62,799 nucleotides of DNA from the IMG/VR virus record IMGVR_UViG_3300028840_003424; one strand, written 5' to 3'. Of this stretch, positions 1-8,804 are shown in pieces. A model generated the notes under the pieces. It saw only the letters and a list, made by a program, of their open reading frames with translations. It had not been told where the DNA came from and searched no databases. The stretch is from a virus. The position numbers and the translations under genes are program-made. How positions within the stretch are numbered: the first letter of the stretch is position 1; the number at the start of each line of letters is the position of its first letter.

Positions 1-144
1 GGTCGACGTGCCGGACGTGCAAAAGGTCGAGCGGAAAAAGCAGTAGTACCTTTTTCCTATTCCCCTTGCCCCGGTTCTGTGGTACAATTGGGGCATCAAA
101 ACCGAATCGAGAAAGAGAGGGTAACATGGAAATCACAGCAAAGC
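1..144. repeat. Terminal direct repeat, identical to 62656..62799 (circular-assembly overlap or terminal redundancy)
   Basis: Base-by-base identity of the first 144 nt with the last 144 nt of the window. Confidence 0.95.
80..88 (+). promoter_or_regulatory. Extended -10 promoter TGGTACAAT
   Basis: ccggttcTGTGGTACAATtgg, about 38 nt upstream of ATG 126; member of the recurring motif family. Confidence 0.6.
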
Positions 145-620
145 AGTTTGCGCGGCTCCCCAAGTACGCACAAGAGTACATCGAGGCGTTGCAGCGTCGG
201 GAAGATTCCCTTGCGCGCAAGGTTGACGAACTGACCGGGCACGAGCAGACCGGCGTAGCCTGGCGCGACGGTGGGCACTCTGGGCATTTGCCCAAGCACG
301 CGATCGTCTACTGGAAGCTTGATGACGGTCGGCGCATTGAAATCACCCGCTGTTCCGAGTATGGCGGAATCGTTATCCGAACGCAAAACCGCATGATGCT
401 CCTCCCCCGCAACTCAAACTGCGCGAGCATTATCGATCTGCCTTGGGGCGCAACCCCCTGGACCCCCAAGCCCAAAAAGGCCCCCGAGGTCTGGGTCTGC
501 GAGAACTGCGGGCAAAACCTTGACGACGTTGAGCCGGACGGTCCACCGTCCTGCTGCGACAAGCCGAGCTATGTCTTGCAGTCCCCCGACCTGGAGGAAG
601 ATGCGGAGGTAAGGCGATGA
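126..620 (+). CDS. Hypothetical protein with a zinc-ribbon-like C-terminus
   Basis: ORF 66..620 trimmed to ATG 126 (downstream of the promoter; purine-rich SD gagagaggg). VCENCG...SCCDKP motif. Confidence 0.6.
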   Translation: MEITAKQFARLPKYAQEYIEALQRREDSLARKVDELTGHEQTGVAWRDGGHSGHLPKHAIVYWKLDDGRRIEITRCSEYGGIVIRTQNRMMLLPRNSNCASIIDLPWGATPWTPKPKKAPEVWVCENCGQNLDDVEPDGPPSCCDKPSYVLQSPDLEEDAEVRR

Positions 621-943
621 TAAAGATCAAGATCATTGACGCGCCAGCGGTTCACAAAAAGCATGGCATTACAGTAGGGCGCGAGTTCGAGATCGCTTTT
701 GAGCGCCCAGGAGGAGGGGCCGCCCCGCTTTGGTTCGTGATGGGCGATGCAGGGGAACCGGTCGGTATCTGGCCCAGAGAGGCGATCGTCCTTGAGCGCG
801 AGAGGGTTGCTGTGTGCCCAGAGTGTGGCGAAGAGACCACCTATTACGATCAACACGCTGGATGGTGGTGTTCCACTGAGACCTGCCCCACCTGCTTCTT
901 TACGCTCTATCCTAAACCGGAGGCTGACGATGAGGATCTGTAA
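617..943 (+). CDS. Hypothetical zinc-ribbon protein
   Basis: ATGA overlap with the upstream stop; CPECG-x18-CPTC. Confidence 0.6.
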   Translation: MIKIKIIDAPAVHKKHGITVGREFEIAFERPGGGAAPLWFVMGDAGEPVGIWPREAIVLERERVAVCPECGEETTYYDQHAGWWCSTETCPTCFFTLYPKPEADDEDL

Positions 944-1364
944 CACCTGCTCAAACTATCCCAAAGGCACCAGGCCGGAAGATAACTTTGAGTGCGAAGC
1001 AGCCGGGTTGTTTGTGCAATGCTCGATGCATAGCTGCGAGTTTTACAACCCAACTCCAGAGGCCTACGGCGACGGCTCCCCTGCTCCGCTTGGGCCGGAT
1101 GACCAAACGGTGTACTTTGTCATTTGCGAGCCCGGAGACCCAGAAAAGGCAAATCGGGAATGGCCCTGGTTTCCAGATGGGCAAGCGTTCTATCTTGGCC
1201 TGGATCCGCAATACGACGATCTAGAGGTCTGGCTGTGGTTCGTCCGGGGCAACGTCGATGTGTACGGGCTGGCAAATATGCCCTTTGTGCGCGATATCCA
1301 ACCGCTGGCCCGTCGTCTCGCAAGCCAAGTGCCCCCATTGCCGGTTTCTTTTTCGGATCAGTAG
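930..1364 (+). CDS. Hypothetical Cys-rich protein
   Basis: ORF 747..1364 trimmed to ATG 930 (MRICNTCSN...), overlapping the upstream stop region. Confidence 0.5.
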   Translation: MRICNTCSNYPKGTRPEDNFECEAAGLFVQCSMHSCEFYNPTPEAYGDGSPAPLGPDDQTVYFVICEPGDPEKANREWPWFPDGQAFYLGLDPQYDDLEVWLWFVRGNVDVYGLANMPFVRDIQPLARRLASQVPPLPVSFSDQ

Positions 1365-1397
1365 TACCAGAGAGCTATTGCAAGTGATGGGGTTTTG

Positions 1398-1406
1398 TGG
1401 TAGAAT
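1398..1406 (+). promoter_or_regulatory. Extended -10 promoter TGGTAGAAT
   Basis: ggttttGTGGTAGAATgaaa, in the gap after the stop at 1364. Confidence 0.55.
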
Positions 1407-1483
1407 GAAAGGGACATTGGAGAGAGCATGTAAGCGAACCGATCCACGATCCTTTGCCTCTCCCTGTGCATCCTTTCGTGTGG

Positions 1484-1523
1484 GCCGGGGCGGACTCATC
1501 ACCCGCCCCGGCATTCTTCTTTC
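1484..1523 (+). terminator. Promoter-proximal intrinsic terminator/attenuator hairpin
   Basis: GCCGGGGCGG-9 nt-CCGCCCCGGC followed by ATTCTTCTTTC; lies between the promoter at 1398 and ATG 1543. Confidence 0.5.
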
Positions 1524-1542
1524 TAGTAGAAAGGTTTGGTCG

Positions 1543-1818
1543 ATGGCTGACGAGTTCAAGCCCAAAAAGATGGGCAAGGCGTCTTTTGTTGACATCCTGG
1601 CAACTATGTACACGCTGGTCGAGTGCCCCGAACCGGGGTGCAAGGCCCCGGCACTGCTCTTCAATGAGGACTCGACCCTTGACGGAGAAGAGCCGGTCAT
1701 CCTCTGCTTGGTATGCTGGCAAGCGTTCAATCCAGAGACCGGGGTGCCGTTGGAACCGGGCGAAAAGCCCTCCGACCAAAAGACTGAGGAAGGGCCGGGC
1801 GGGAAGGCCCGGCGCTAG
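1543..1818 (+). CDS. Hypothetical zinc-ribbon protein
   Basis: ORF 1258..1818 trimmed to ATG 1543 (GAAAGG SD at 1529-34). CPEPGC...CLVC. Confidence 0.55.
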   Translation: MADEFKPKKMGKASFVDILATMYTLVECPEPGCKAPALLFNEDSTLDGEEPVILCLVCWQAFNPETGVPLEPGEKPSDQKTEEGPGGKARR

Positions 1819-1836
1819 GGCAACAAGGCTGAATCG

Positions 1837-1860
1837 AGAGCCCGGAGCAATCCGGGCTCT
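1837..1860 (+). terminator. Stable GNRA-tetraloop hairpin (terminator or RNA-stabilising element)
   Basis: AGAGCCCGGA-GCAA-TCCGGGCTCT, 10-bp perfect stem; no clear U tract. Confidence 0.35.
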
Positions 1861-1881
1861 GTCCACTGAAAGGGGATTCTG

Positions 1882-2232
1882 ATGGGCAAGGCGATCTTGT
1901 TTTATGTCGAGGATAAAGACGACTCGCTGTCTCTCGATGTGGATCCATCCGATATGCCAGAAGGGGCGATCTGTGTCGGCACGTTGGAGCAGGAGCATCT
2001 GCAAGCGCTCGTTGCACGTGGGGTACACTCTGTCTTGACAGAGATTGACGATGGCTGGCAAAGCGGCATTGAGGCACCTGGACAGGATAAGGACGTACCA
2101 ATTGAACAATTGGTCTCGTACTATCAGCAAGTGCTTGCGGACTTGATCTACCTTGCAAACGTACACGCGGCTGGCGAGGCTTTGCTTTCCAATCTGGCAG
2201 ATCCGACCGGGGAAAACGAGATCCCCTTCTGA
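1882..2232 (+). CDS. Hypothetical acidic protein
   Basis: GAAAGGGG SD upstream; compact spacing with its neighbours. Confidence 0.55.
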   Translation: MGKAILFYVEDKDDSLSLDVDPSDMPEGAICVGTLEQEHLQALVARGVHSVLTEIDDGWQSGIEAPGQDKDVPIEQLVSYYQQVLADLIYLANVHAAGEALLSNLADPTGENEIPF

Positions 2233-2636
2233 TGCGCACTGCGTTTCTGACCGTGACCATTCTGACCGGCGTTATCACCCGCTACAACGGGGAGCCTGGA
2301 GACTTTCTCAAGTGCTACCCGCGTGGGGCCGAACGCTACGGCACGCTCAAAGAGCCCTGGATCGCGCTCGACATTCAAGGGCTTGGTGAGACGTGGCAGT
2401 GCGGCGACGAGGGCTTGGCCTACATCGACGGTCATCCACCGGTCCGGGTGACAGTGTTAGACTCTGGGCGATTTAGGGGCAAGTGCGTGGTGCAACTAGA
2501 CGAATCCTGTATTGATATCATCGGGGACATGCCTACGCGACTTGCCCCATTTTACCCTGACCTATCCGCACGCGGAAGGGTTGTTTTGACCTCTGCCGCC
2601 AAGAGAGCGATGGAGGCATACAGGCATGCCCCGTAA
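2232..2636 (+). CDS. Hypothetical protein
   Basis: TGATG stop/start overlap with the upstream gene. Confidence 0.55.
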   Translation: MRTAFLTVTILTGVITRYNGEPGDFLKCYPRGAERYGTLKEPWIALDIQGLGETWQCGDEGLAYIDGHPPVRVTVLDSGRFRGKCVVQLDESCIDIIGDMPTRLAPFYPDLSARGRVVLTSAAKRAMEAYRHAP

Positions 2637-2976
2637 GCAATACTACAAGCGCTACTTTCAAGAGACAGCCGCGCATCCGATCCTCAAGACAGACGTCTGT
2701 CACTGGTTTCGCATGGCGACATCTAACGTCATCCCCGATGTTGATGCGGCAGTAGAGCAGTTGGACAAGGGGGAGATCGTCAAAACCCTCTATGCCTGGT
2801 ACGGCACGGACAAGGCCGTGCTCGATGCGCTAGAATGCCCGCCGATTGATCCTTCCGCTGATTATTGGTGGGATGGGTTGCCGGAGGGGTTTGTCTTTGA
2901 CAATTCCACCGTTTGTGACTTTGGATCAGGTATTGTTCTAGAAGAGACCGATAATGTGGATACGAGGAGGTTGTGA
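2626..2976 (+). CDS. Hypothetical protein
   Basis: Short overlap with its neighbours; non-repetitive composition. Confidence 0.55.
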   Translation: MPRKQYYKRYFQETAAHPILKTDVCHWFRMATSNVIPDVDAAVEQLDKGEIVKTLYAWYGTDKAVLDALECPPIDPSADYWWDGLPEGFVFDNSTVCDFGSGIVLEETDNVDTRRL

Positions 2977-3311
2977 TGCCCTGGTGGAACGGTGTGAGGA
3001 CCTACTATCAATGGCCGTTATTGCGAACACCTCTTGTAACTGCGCAAATGGAGATTGAGCGCCTTTCGGTTCAATGTCGAGGATGCGGCAAGCCGGTTGC
3101 GTATTTGCACGGTGCAGTCCGAGAATATGCCCGCTGCACTAATGTGCGTTGCGGTGGATTGTGCACGGAATGCCAGGTGATCACCTATGCACAGTTTCGG
3201 ATCTATGATGGGTATTTGCTGTGGGAAGGGCAGCGGGGATGGTACGAGCTGCCGTTGCGTGCCCGGTGGCTGGTATGGTTGCTTAACCGAGTGCGCAGGT
3301 GGTTCCGATAA
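2973..3311 (+). CDS. Hypothetical zinc-finger protein
   Basis: GTGATG overlap; CRGCG...CTNVRCGGLCTEC. Confidence 0.55.
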   Translation: MMPWWNGVRTYYQWPLLRTPLVTAQMEIERLSVQCRGCGKPVAYLHGAVREYARCTNVRCGGLCTECQVITYAQFRIYDGYLLWEGQRGWYELPLRARWLVWLLNRVRRWFR

Positions 3312-3353
3312 GTTGACATATACGACCTAGCTTTACCGTTTGGATTGCCGTAA

Positions 3354-3920
3354 ATGGCAGGTAGAACGCGCAAGAAAGCCGAAAGACTGTCCCATCTGGT
3401 CCGCGCAAGCGACATGTACTTGCACGGCTACTTTATGCATGAGATCGCGGCTGAGTTGGGTGTCTCCAGACGTCAAGTCGGCTACGACCTTCAAAAGCTG
3501 CACAAGATGTGGGAAGAGAAGGCGATCTCTACCCACGAAAAGATGGTCCAGCGCACACTTGCCCGGATCGATTGGCTGGAGCGCCAGGCTTACGACCAGT
3601 GGATCCTCTCTCTCAAGGGTACCCCATCCTCTACCACGTCCTACTTTGAGACTGACGAGGAAGGGAACCCGCTCCCCTCACGTGCTGTGATGCACGAGGC
3701 AGAGGATGCAGGGCGCGGAGACATCCAATGGTGGAACGCGATCGCCCGGTGCGCTGAGATGCGCGTCCGCGTGCTCGAACGGGGCACGCCGCTGAGGATG
3801 GAGATCGGGGAGCCGGGGACCGATTGGGATGCTGCGGCAAAAAGAGCAGATGAGGAATGGGCATCAGAGCCGGACGAGCCTGACGTCTTTATAGAGGGGG
3901 AGGCGACGGAGATCGAGTGA
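3354..3920 (+). CDS. terS: Putative terminase small subunit (HTH protein)
   Basis: Directly upstream of and overlapping terL; helix-turn-helix-like HEIAAELGVSRRQVGYDLQK; acidic C-terminus. Confidence 0.55.
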   Translation: MAGRTRKKAERLSHLVRASDMYLHGYFMHEIAAELGVSRRQVGYDLQKLHKMWEEKAISTHEKMVQRTLARIDWLERQAYDQWILSLKGTPSSTTSYFETDEEGNPLPSRAVMHEAEDAGRGDIQWWNAIARCAEMRVRVLERGTPLRMEIGEPGTDWDAAAKRADEEWASEPDEPDVFIEGEATEIE

Positions 3921-5383
3921 AACCCCGAACCGGCAAGGCCCTGTTTGCCAAGAAGAACGTTGACATCCGCCTTGCGACGAGGGATGCCAGCGCCCGGTGG
4001 GAGCGCTACCAAATGGAGTTCCTGAACAATGAGACTCCATTTGACATCACGGACAAGTCACGGCAGATCGGATGGTCGTTTACAGCCGCAATGGATGCCG
4101 TTTGTGATGGCATCATTCACGAGGACACCCCCCACCTATTCGTCTCGATCAACAAGGAAGAGGCAGCCGAAAAGATTCGCTATGCGCGAGACATCGTAGC
4201 TGCAATCCGCCCCAAGTATCGCCCCATTCTCACGCAAGACGCCACGTTCTCACTGGCATTCGAGAACGGGTCTCGCTTGATCTCCCACCCCTGTAGGCCT
4301 CCACGCGGCAAGGCTCGCGCCCGCATCTACCTGGACGAGATGGCCCACTATCAACCATCCTTGATGCAACCGGTCTACACCGGGGCTCTCCCGGCAACGG
4401 TCAGGGGGGATGGCTACATTCGGATCGGATCCTCTCCCCTTGGAGCAGCCGGCCTTTTTTGGGAGATTTTCACCCAAACGCTGCGCAAGTGGCCCGGCTA
4501 CGATGGGCATCGTCGCACCGTGCCCTGGTGGACCTCTCACGCTCTGTGCAAGGATGTCAGGCTTGCAGCGCGTCTAGCGCCCCAGATGACCACGCACGAG
4601 CGGGTCATGACGTTCGGCACAGAGGCCCTTGTTGTCCAGTACGAGAACAACTTCCTAGAGGACTTTCAGCAGGAATTCGAGTGTGCTTGGGTCGATGAGG
4701 CTGTGGCCTGGATCTCTTGGGATCTGATCCAGAGCATCCAAAAGAACGACCTGCAATGCTGGCATTCTCACTCGGTAGACGAGGCGTTGGAGCATCTGAC
4801 AGAGGTTCAAAATGCTGTGCGGATGGGTCAGATCGAGCTCGTGCTGTGCGGCGGGATCGACGTCGGGCGCGTGCACGATCTGACAGAGTTTGTCTTGTTG
4901 GGCAAGGGGCCTTCTGGACAACTCCCCTGCCGGTGGATCGTTTCCTTGAGCAATGTCGAGTTTCGACACCAGCAAACGCTCTTTTGGCACATCATCAACT
5001 CGCTCCCGATCACGCTCGTGCTGGTCGACATGACCGGGATTGGGATGCAGTTGTCAGAGACCTTGGAGCAGACCGGCAAGGCGGCAGGGGTCTACTTTAC
5101 CGCGCCCACCAAGGAACTGCTTGCCGTCGAGGCTCGTTTGCAAGCGGAGAGCCACAATGCGCAGATCCCGGCGATCCGAGACCTGATCTACCAGATCCAT
5201 AGCATCCGCAAGATGCCAGGCGCGATCGTGAACCGGTTCGACGTAGAGGCCAGCGAGAAGCATCACGCCGACAAGTTCTGGGCGTGGGCTCTGGGTCTTT
5301 ATGCTGCGAACGTCATGGTGCGTCTGGGCCAAGAGAAAGACGAGGTCGTAGAGAGTATTCCTGGCTTGGGGTTGGAGTTCTGA
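3917..5383 (+). CDS. terL: Terminase large subunit
   Basis: Walker-A-like KSRQIGWSFT, Walker B RIYLDEMAH, C-terminal nuclease-like GGIDVGRVHDLTEF; size and position upstream of the portal. Confidence 0.85.
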   Translation: MKPRTGKALFAKKNVDIRLATRDASARWERYQMEFLNNETPFDITDKSRQIGWSFTAAMDAVCDGIIHEDTPHLFVSINKEEAAEKIRYARDIVAAIRPKYRPILTQDATFSLAFENGSRLISHPCRPPRGKARARIYLDEMAHYQPSLMQPVYTGALPATVRGDGYIRIGSSPLGAAGLFWEIFTQTLRKWPGYDGHRRTVPWWTSHALCKDVRLAARLAPQMTTHERVMTFGTEALVVQYENNFLEDFQQEFECAWVDEAVAWISWDLIQSIQKNDLQCWHSHSVDEALEHLTEVQNAVRMGQIELVLCGGIDVGRVHDLTEFVLLGKGPSGQLPCRWIVSLSNVEFRHQQTLFWHIINSLPITLVLVDMTGIGMQLSETLEQTGKAAGVYFTAPTKELLAVEARLQAESHNAQIPAIRDLIYQIHSIRKMPGAIVNRFDVEASEKHHADKFWAWALGLYAANVMVRLGQEKDEVVESIPGLGLEF

Positions 5384-5395
5384 GAAAGGCTTACA

Positions 5396-5644
5396 ATGGA
5401 CTGGCAAGAGGTCACGGAAGGCAATCGTCCGCCACAAAACAAGCACCTGCTCTGGTTGCTTGCTATGCCTCAAAAAGACGGCTCGTATCAGTGGGTTCTC
5501 TTGGGGAGCGGGATCTATGCTTTTGGGATTGTCGCTGGAGTTGTTGGAAGATTCACGCTTCCCCCACCAGGCGAGGATGAGCCTTACCTTAGAGGCAAGC
5601 GGGTATTCTGGAAAGAGATCGAACTGCCTGAAGGCATAGAGTGA
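5396..5644 (+). CDS. Hypothetical protein (possibly DUF551-like)
   Basis: 82-aa ORF after terL; the family assignment is from memory only. Confidence 0.45.
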   Translation: MDWQEVTEGNRPPQNKHLLWLLAMPQKDGSYQWVLLGSGIYAFGIVAGVVGRFTLPPPGEDEPYLRGKRVFWKEIELPEGIE

Positions 5645-5735
5645 TATGTTACCGTGGCACCAAGGTACACGTAGGGCTTGTCAAGTAGTGTGTATCGCAC
5701 AATATCCGACCTGACACATTATTCGAGCGGTGACG

Positions 5736-5803
5736 AAAAATTTAGATCCATCATGATATATTCTTATAGATCTAAATTTTAGGGGCCGTACTACAGTACT
5801 AGT
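5736..5803. repeat. AT-rich palindromic element, copy 1
   Basis: AAAATTTAGATC (5737-48) / GATCTAAATTTT (5769-80), 20-nt spacer beginning CATCATG; 3' flank GTACTACAGTACTAG. Confidence 0.85.
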
Positions 5804-5864
5804 GGGCGACGTTTTTTAGTGGGAACAAGGGGGCCGTCAAGGGGCATTTGGGATAACTCGCCCC

Positions 5865-5894
5865 TTGCCATCCGCCCCGGTTTTGTGGTATACT
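5865..5894 (+). promoter_or_regulatory. Sigma70-type promoter (TTGCCA-18 nt-TGgTATACT)
   Basis: -35 TTGCCA at 5865-70, 18-nt spacer, extended -10 TGGTATACT at 5886-94; upstream of AGGAGG and ATG 5918. Confidence 0.65.
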
Positions 5895-5917
5895 GGTCGA
5901 GAGACAGGAGGTTGATC

Positions 5918-6136
5918 ATGTTCATTCCCTTGTGGCCCAGACAGCCGGTCCCCTATGGCGTAGAGCGTCCCGATGGAACGTTCGAGGTCGTCACTGCTAC
6001 CCACTACCGCATAGACCGGTTTCAAAACCTGCATCTGTACATCGGTCAACATCAAGTCTCGCTGTTCAAGGTGGGGGAATGGCTCTATGCAGAAAGAGGT
6101 CTGACTGAGAAGGATGTAGACCAAAGGGGCATCTGA
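5918..6136 (+). CDS. Hypothetical protein
   Basis: ORF 5819..6136 trimmed to ATG 5918 (AGGAGG 7 nt upstream, downstream of the promoter at 5865-94). Confidence 0.5.
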   Translation: MFIPLWPRQPVPYGVERPDGTFEVVTATHYRIDRFQNLHLYIGQHQVSLFKVGEWLYAERGLTEKDVDQRGI

Positions 6137-7914
6137 TGACTAGAGTAGTACCAGGCGGGGCACTCCGCACACGGCTTCTAACCGGTCTGGCAGAGTCGGC
6201 GCAATGGCAGCTTCCCCCGGAAGAGATGATCGCTCTTTACAACGAGTACGATCCGACTATGCTGGACATGGTGATCGATGACGCCTATTGGGATCGCATC
6301 GGTGACCCTGGATCAGGGGATACGACAAACGAGCGGCGGGCCATGATTCGCGCCTCTAACCGAGCCTGGCGCTCATCCCCCCTTGATCAATGGACCAAGT
6401 GGACGTGGACCGCCGAGGGCTTGGGGCAAGGGATCGACGTCAAGGCAGCGGATGCCGGGGCTCAAGACCGGTGGGACGAGTTCTGGACGGCAGAGCGAAA
6501 CGACCCGCTGCTTGGAGACGACCGATTGCACCAGATGTCGTTTGACCTGTTGAATCACGGAAACCTCTTTCTGGCCTTCTACTCTTCCCCCGCTGACGGA
6601 GAGACCACGATTCGAGACGTCGACGCTGACGAGATCACAGAGATCATCTGCGACCCGGCAGACAGGAAAAAGCCATGGTTTTACAAGCGTGAGTACATGG
6701 CGACGTCAGGAACAATCTCGAACACGCGCACGCTGTACTACCCAGATTGGGCGCTCTTTTTCCAACCCCAAGAGCTAGAGCGTGCCTGGACACAAGCCCA
6801 AGAGCAGAGGCTTGTACCGGACACGGCGACCAGGGCGGACCTTGTTCAACAGAACGGCGACCTTGGGGACGCTGCGCAAACGTCCGTGTGCGTGCTGCAC
6901 ATTGCCCACAACCGCAAGATTAAAAACTCTCCTTGGGGCTGGCCTCTCTCTACCGTCTCTATGCCTTACGCCCGCGCACACAAGCAGTTCATCCAGGCTA
7001 CGCTCTCCAAGGTCTTGTCGATCGCGCAGTTCACTCGCAGATCTCGAGTCCAGGGAGGCTCAAGAGCGGTCAACTCTGTGATCGATACGGTTCGGTCAGC
7101 GCTCTCCCAAAACCAACGGCTAGACACCAACCCACCGGGCGCGCCTGGGGCCTCTTGGCACGTCGAAAACCAAGCCGTGACCACGGAAGAACTGCCGATG
7201 TCCACGGCGGCGATGGACACAGATCGGGACAACAAGACGCTGGCGTGGGCGGCGCTCATTGGGGCGGGCCTATTCCCGGCGACGGCTGGTCTGGACGTGG
7301 CGCGCTACGCCACGGCGCTGACGATGGACCGGGTACAAGCGTTTGTGTTCTCGCAGTACAAGAGCTTTTGGGCTGCACAGATCCGCAAGATGTTCAAGAT
7401 CGTGATGGGCTACGCTGGCATGAGCATGGAGATCGAGGTCGAGATCTCCATAGACAGCTACGGGCTCCCCGACTTTGCGGAGATGGTAGGGCCGACCACG
7501 ACCTTGATGCAGCAGATCACGCAAGCGGTCACGGCCAGCATCCTTGCCCCTCAAGATGCGCGGGATCTCTACGCCGCATTTCTCCGACCGGCTGTACAAG
7601 CCCTTGGGGCAAGCGGCATCACAGAACTGCTCGACTTTGAAGAGCCGCCCGAACCTGCCCCACAACCGGAGCAAGGCCAACAAGCAGCCGCAGAAGAGGT
7701 TTTGAGGCTTGCCGCTGGTCATTACGAGCGGGGAGAAATCACCTTTGATGCTCTCCTTGAGGCTGTTGTTGCCACGTACACGGAAGGCGGCAAGGGCTCT
7801 GGCTGGTTTGGACCGGATGCGGATCAATGGGCTGCGTATTTGGCGGAGCTTGAGAAAAAACGCCTTGAGGCGCAAGGGAAGCAAGATCAGGCAGAAAGCG
7901 AATCCAGTGAGTGA
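6136..7914 (+). CDS. Portal protein
   Basis: 592 aa, first large gene after terL, acidic C-terminus; the call rests on synteny and size. Confidence 0.7.
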   Translation: MTRVVPGGALRTRLLTGLAESAQWQLPPEEMIALYNEYDPTMLDMVIDDAYWDRIGDPGSGDTTNERRAMIRASNRAWRSSPLDQWTKWTWTAEGLGQGIDVKAADAGAQDRWDEFWTAERNDPLLGDDRLHQMSFDLLNHGNLFLAFYSSPADGETTIRDVDADEITEIICDPADRKKPWFYKREYMATSGTISNTRTLYYPDWALFFQPQELERAWTQAQEQRLVPDTATRADLVQQNGDLGDAAQTSVCVLHIAHNRKIKNSPWGWPLSTVSMPYARAHKQFIQATLSKVLSIAQFTRRSRVQGGSRAVNSVIDTVRSALSQNQRLDTNPPGAPGASWHVENQAVTTEELPMSTAAMDTDRDNKTLAWAALIGAGLFPATAGLDVARYATALTMDRVQAFVFSQYKSFWAAQIRKMFKIVMGYAGMSMEIEVEISIDSYGLPDFAEMVGPTTTLMQQITQAVTASILAPQDARDLYAAFLRPAVQALGASGITELLDFEEPPEPAPQPEQGQQAAAEEVLRLAAGHYERGEITFDALLEAVVATYTEGGKGSGWFGPDADQWAAYLAELEKKRLEAQGKQDQAESESSE

Positions 7915-8536
7915 CTTTTCGGAGGCCGCGCAACCTACCCTTGCGGCAGGAATGCGGCAATATCGCTCTGAGTTGCGCGCTGCGGTTCGCGGCCTCTGGT
8001 CGGGGGCTCTGGACGAGTTTGACACCTGGAGCATGTTCGAGGTTGCGATCCGGCGCTCATTCACCAAAGCCTACAACGATGGGGCGCAGTCTGTGGGGAC
8101 CAACCCAAGCGAGTTGACCGGGCTGGAGCGTGCAGAGCGCGCCGGGCGGATTGCTGCGGAGATGCGCTTTATCGACGGCTTTATTGAGGCGATCATCCGA
8201 GGCAGCAAGGCAAACGAGGGGAAGCTTGCCCCGCTGTTCAGGCGTGTTGACTTGTGGGTGCAGCGTTATCGGGAGGTCTACAATCTTGGGCTTGAAACAG
8301 CGCGAGACGACCCAAAGTATCGATGGAAGATCAACCCGGAGAAAGAGAACTGTGTCGATTGTAGCCGCTTGGCCGGTCAAGTTCGGCGGCTGTCCGTTTG
8401 GAAGGCGCACGATCTCCGCCCCCAGAGCCCCAAGCTGGCATGTATGCGCTCCGCTAGAGGGGTGACGGTGTGCGGCTGTGAGTTTGAAACGACTACGGAT
8501 CCGTGCACACGTGGCCCACTGCCGCGTGTAGAGTAG
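7907..8536 (+). CDS. Head morphogenesis protein (Mu F / SPP1 gp7-like)
   Basis: Follows the portal; C-terminal CVDC...CGC cysteine motif typical of this family; the start (GTG 7907) is uncertain. Confidence 0.5.
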   Translation: MSDFSEAAQPTLAAGMRQYRSELRAAVRGLWSGALDEFDTWSMFEVAIRRSFTKAYNDGAQSVGTNPSELTGLERAERAGRIAAEMRFIDGFIEAIIRGSKANEGKLAPLFRRVDLWVQRYREVYNLGLETARDDPKYRWKINPEKENCVDCSRLAGQVRRLSVWKAHDLRPQSPKLACMRSARGVTVCGCEFETTTDPCTRGPLPRVE

Positions 8537-8547
8537 AAAGGCGACGA

Positions 8548-8772
8548 ATGAGCCCACTGTCAGAGAACGCAACAAAAATCCGCTCATGGGAGGATGTTGC
8601 GCAGCGAATGCGCAATGCCACGAACGGAAGCAGGGGGGTATCGTTCGTGACCATCCGTGTCTTTTTGAACCAAGGCCGCCCGGTGGCCTGGATATCCCCA
8701 GAGGTACAGCACGTAGAGCCGAAAGGGGACGCCGCTGGCTTTGCAGAATGGCTTGAAACGCTCTGCACTTGA
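8548..8772 (+). CDS. Hypothetical protein
   Basis: ORF 8503..8772 trimmed to ATG 8548 (GAAAGG SD). Confidence 0.45.
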   Translation: MSPLSENATKIRSWEDVAQRMRNATNGSRGVSFVTIRVFLNQGRPVAWISPEVQHVEPKGDAAGFAEWLETLCT

Positions 8773-8798
8773 CAGCATGCGCAGAATCGTGGTACAAT
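8769..8798 (+). promoter_or_regulatory. Near-consensus promoter (TTGACA-18 nt-TGgTACAAT)
   Basis: -35 TTGACA at 8769-74, spacer 18, TGGTACAAT at 8790-98; best match to the sigma70 consensus in the window. Confidence 0.75.
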
Positions 8799-8804
8799 AG
8801 GCTT

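Noticed and set aside
1375-2166. 263-aa minus-strand ORF, and similar long antisense or off-frame ORFs (7270-8067, 14233-15141, 17070-17813, 23120-23947, 31954-32811, 33198-34217 on the minus strand; 52004-52942, 54930-55814, 55863-56489 on the plus strand)
   Set aside because: All overlap better-supported genes on the opposite strand or in another frame, are Arg-rich and low-complexity, and break the otherwise tight operon organisation.
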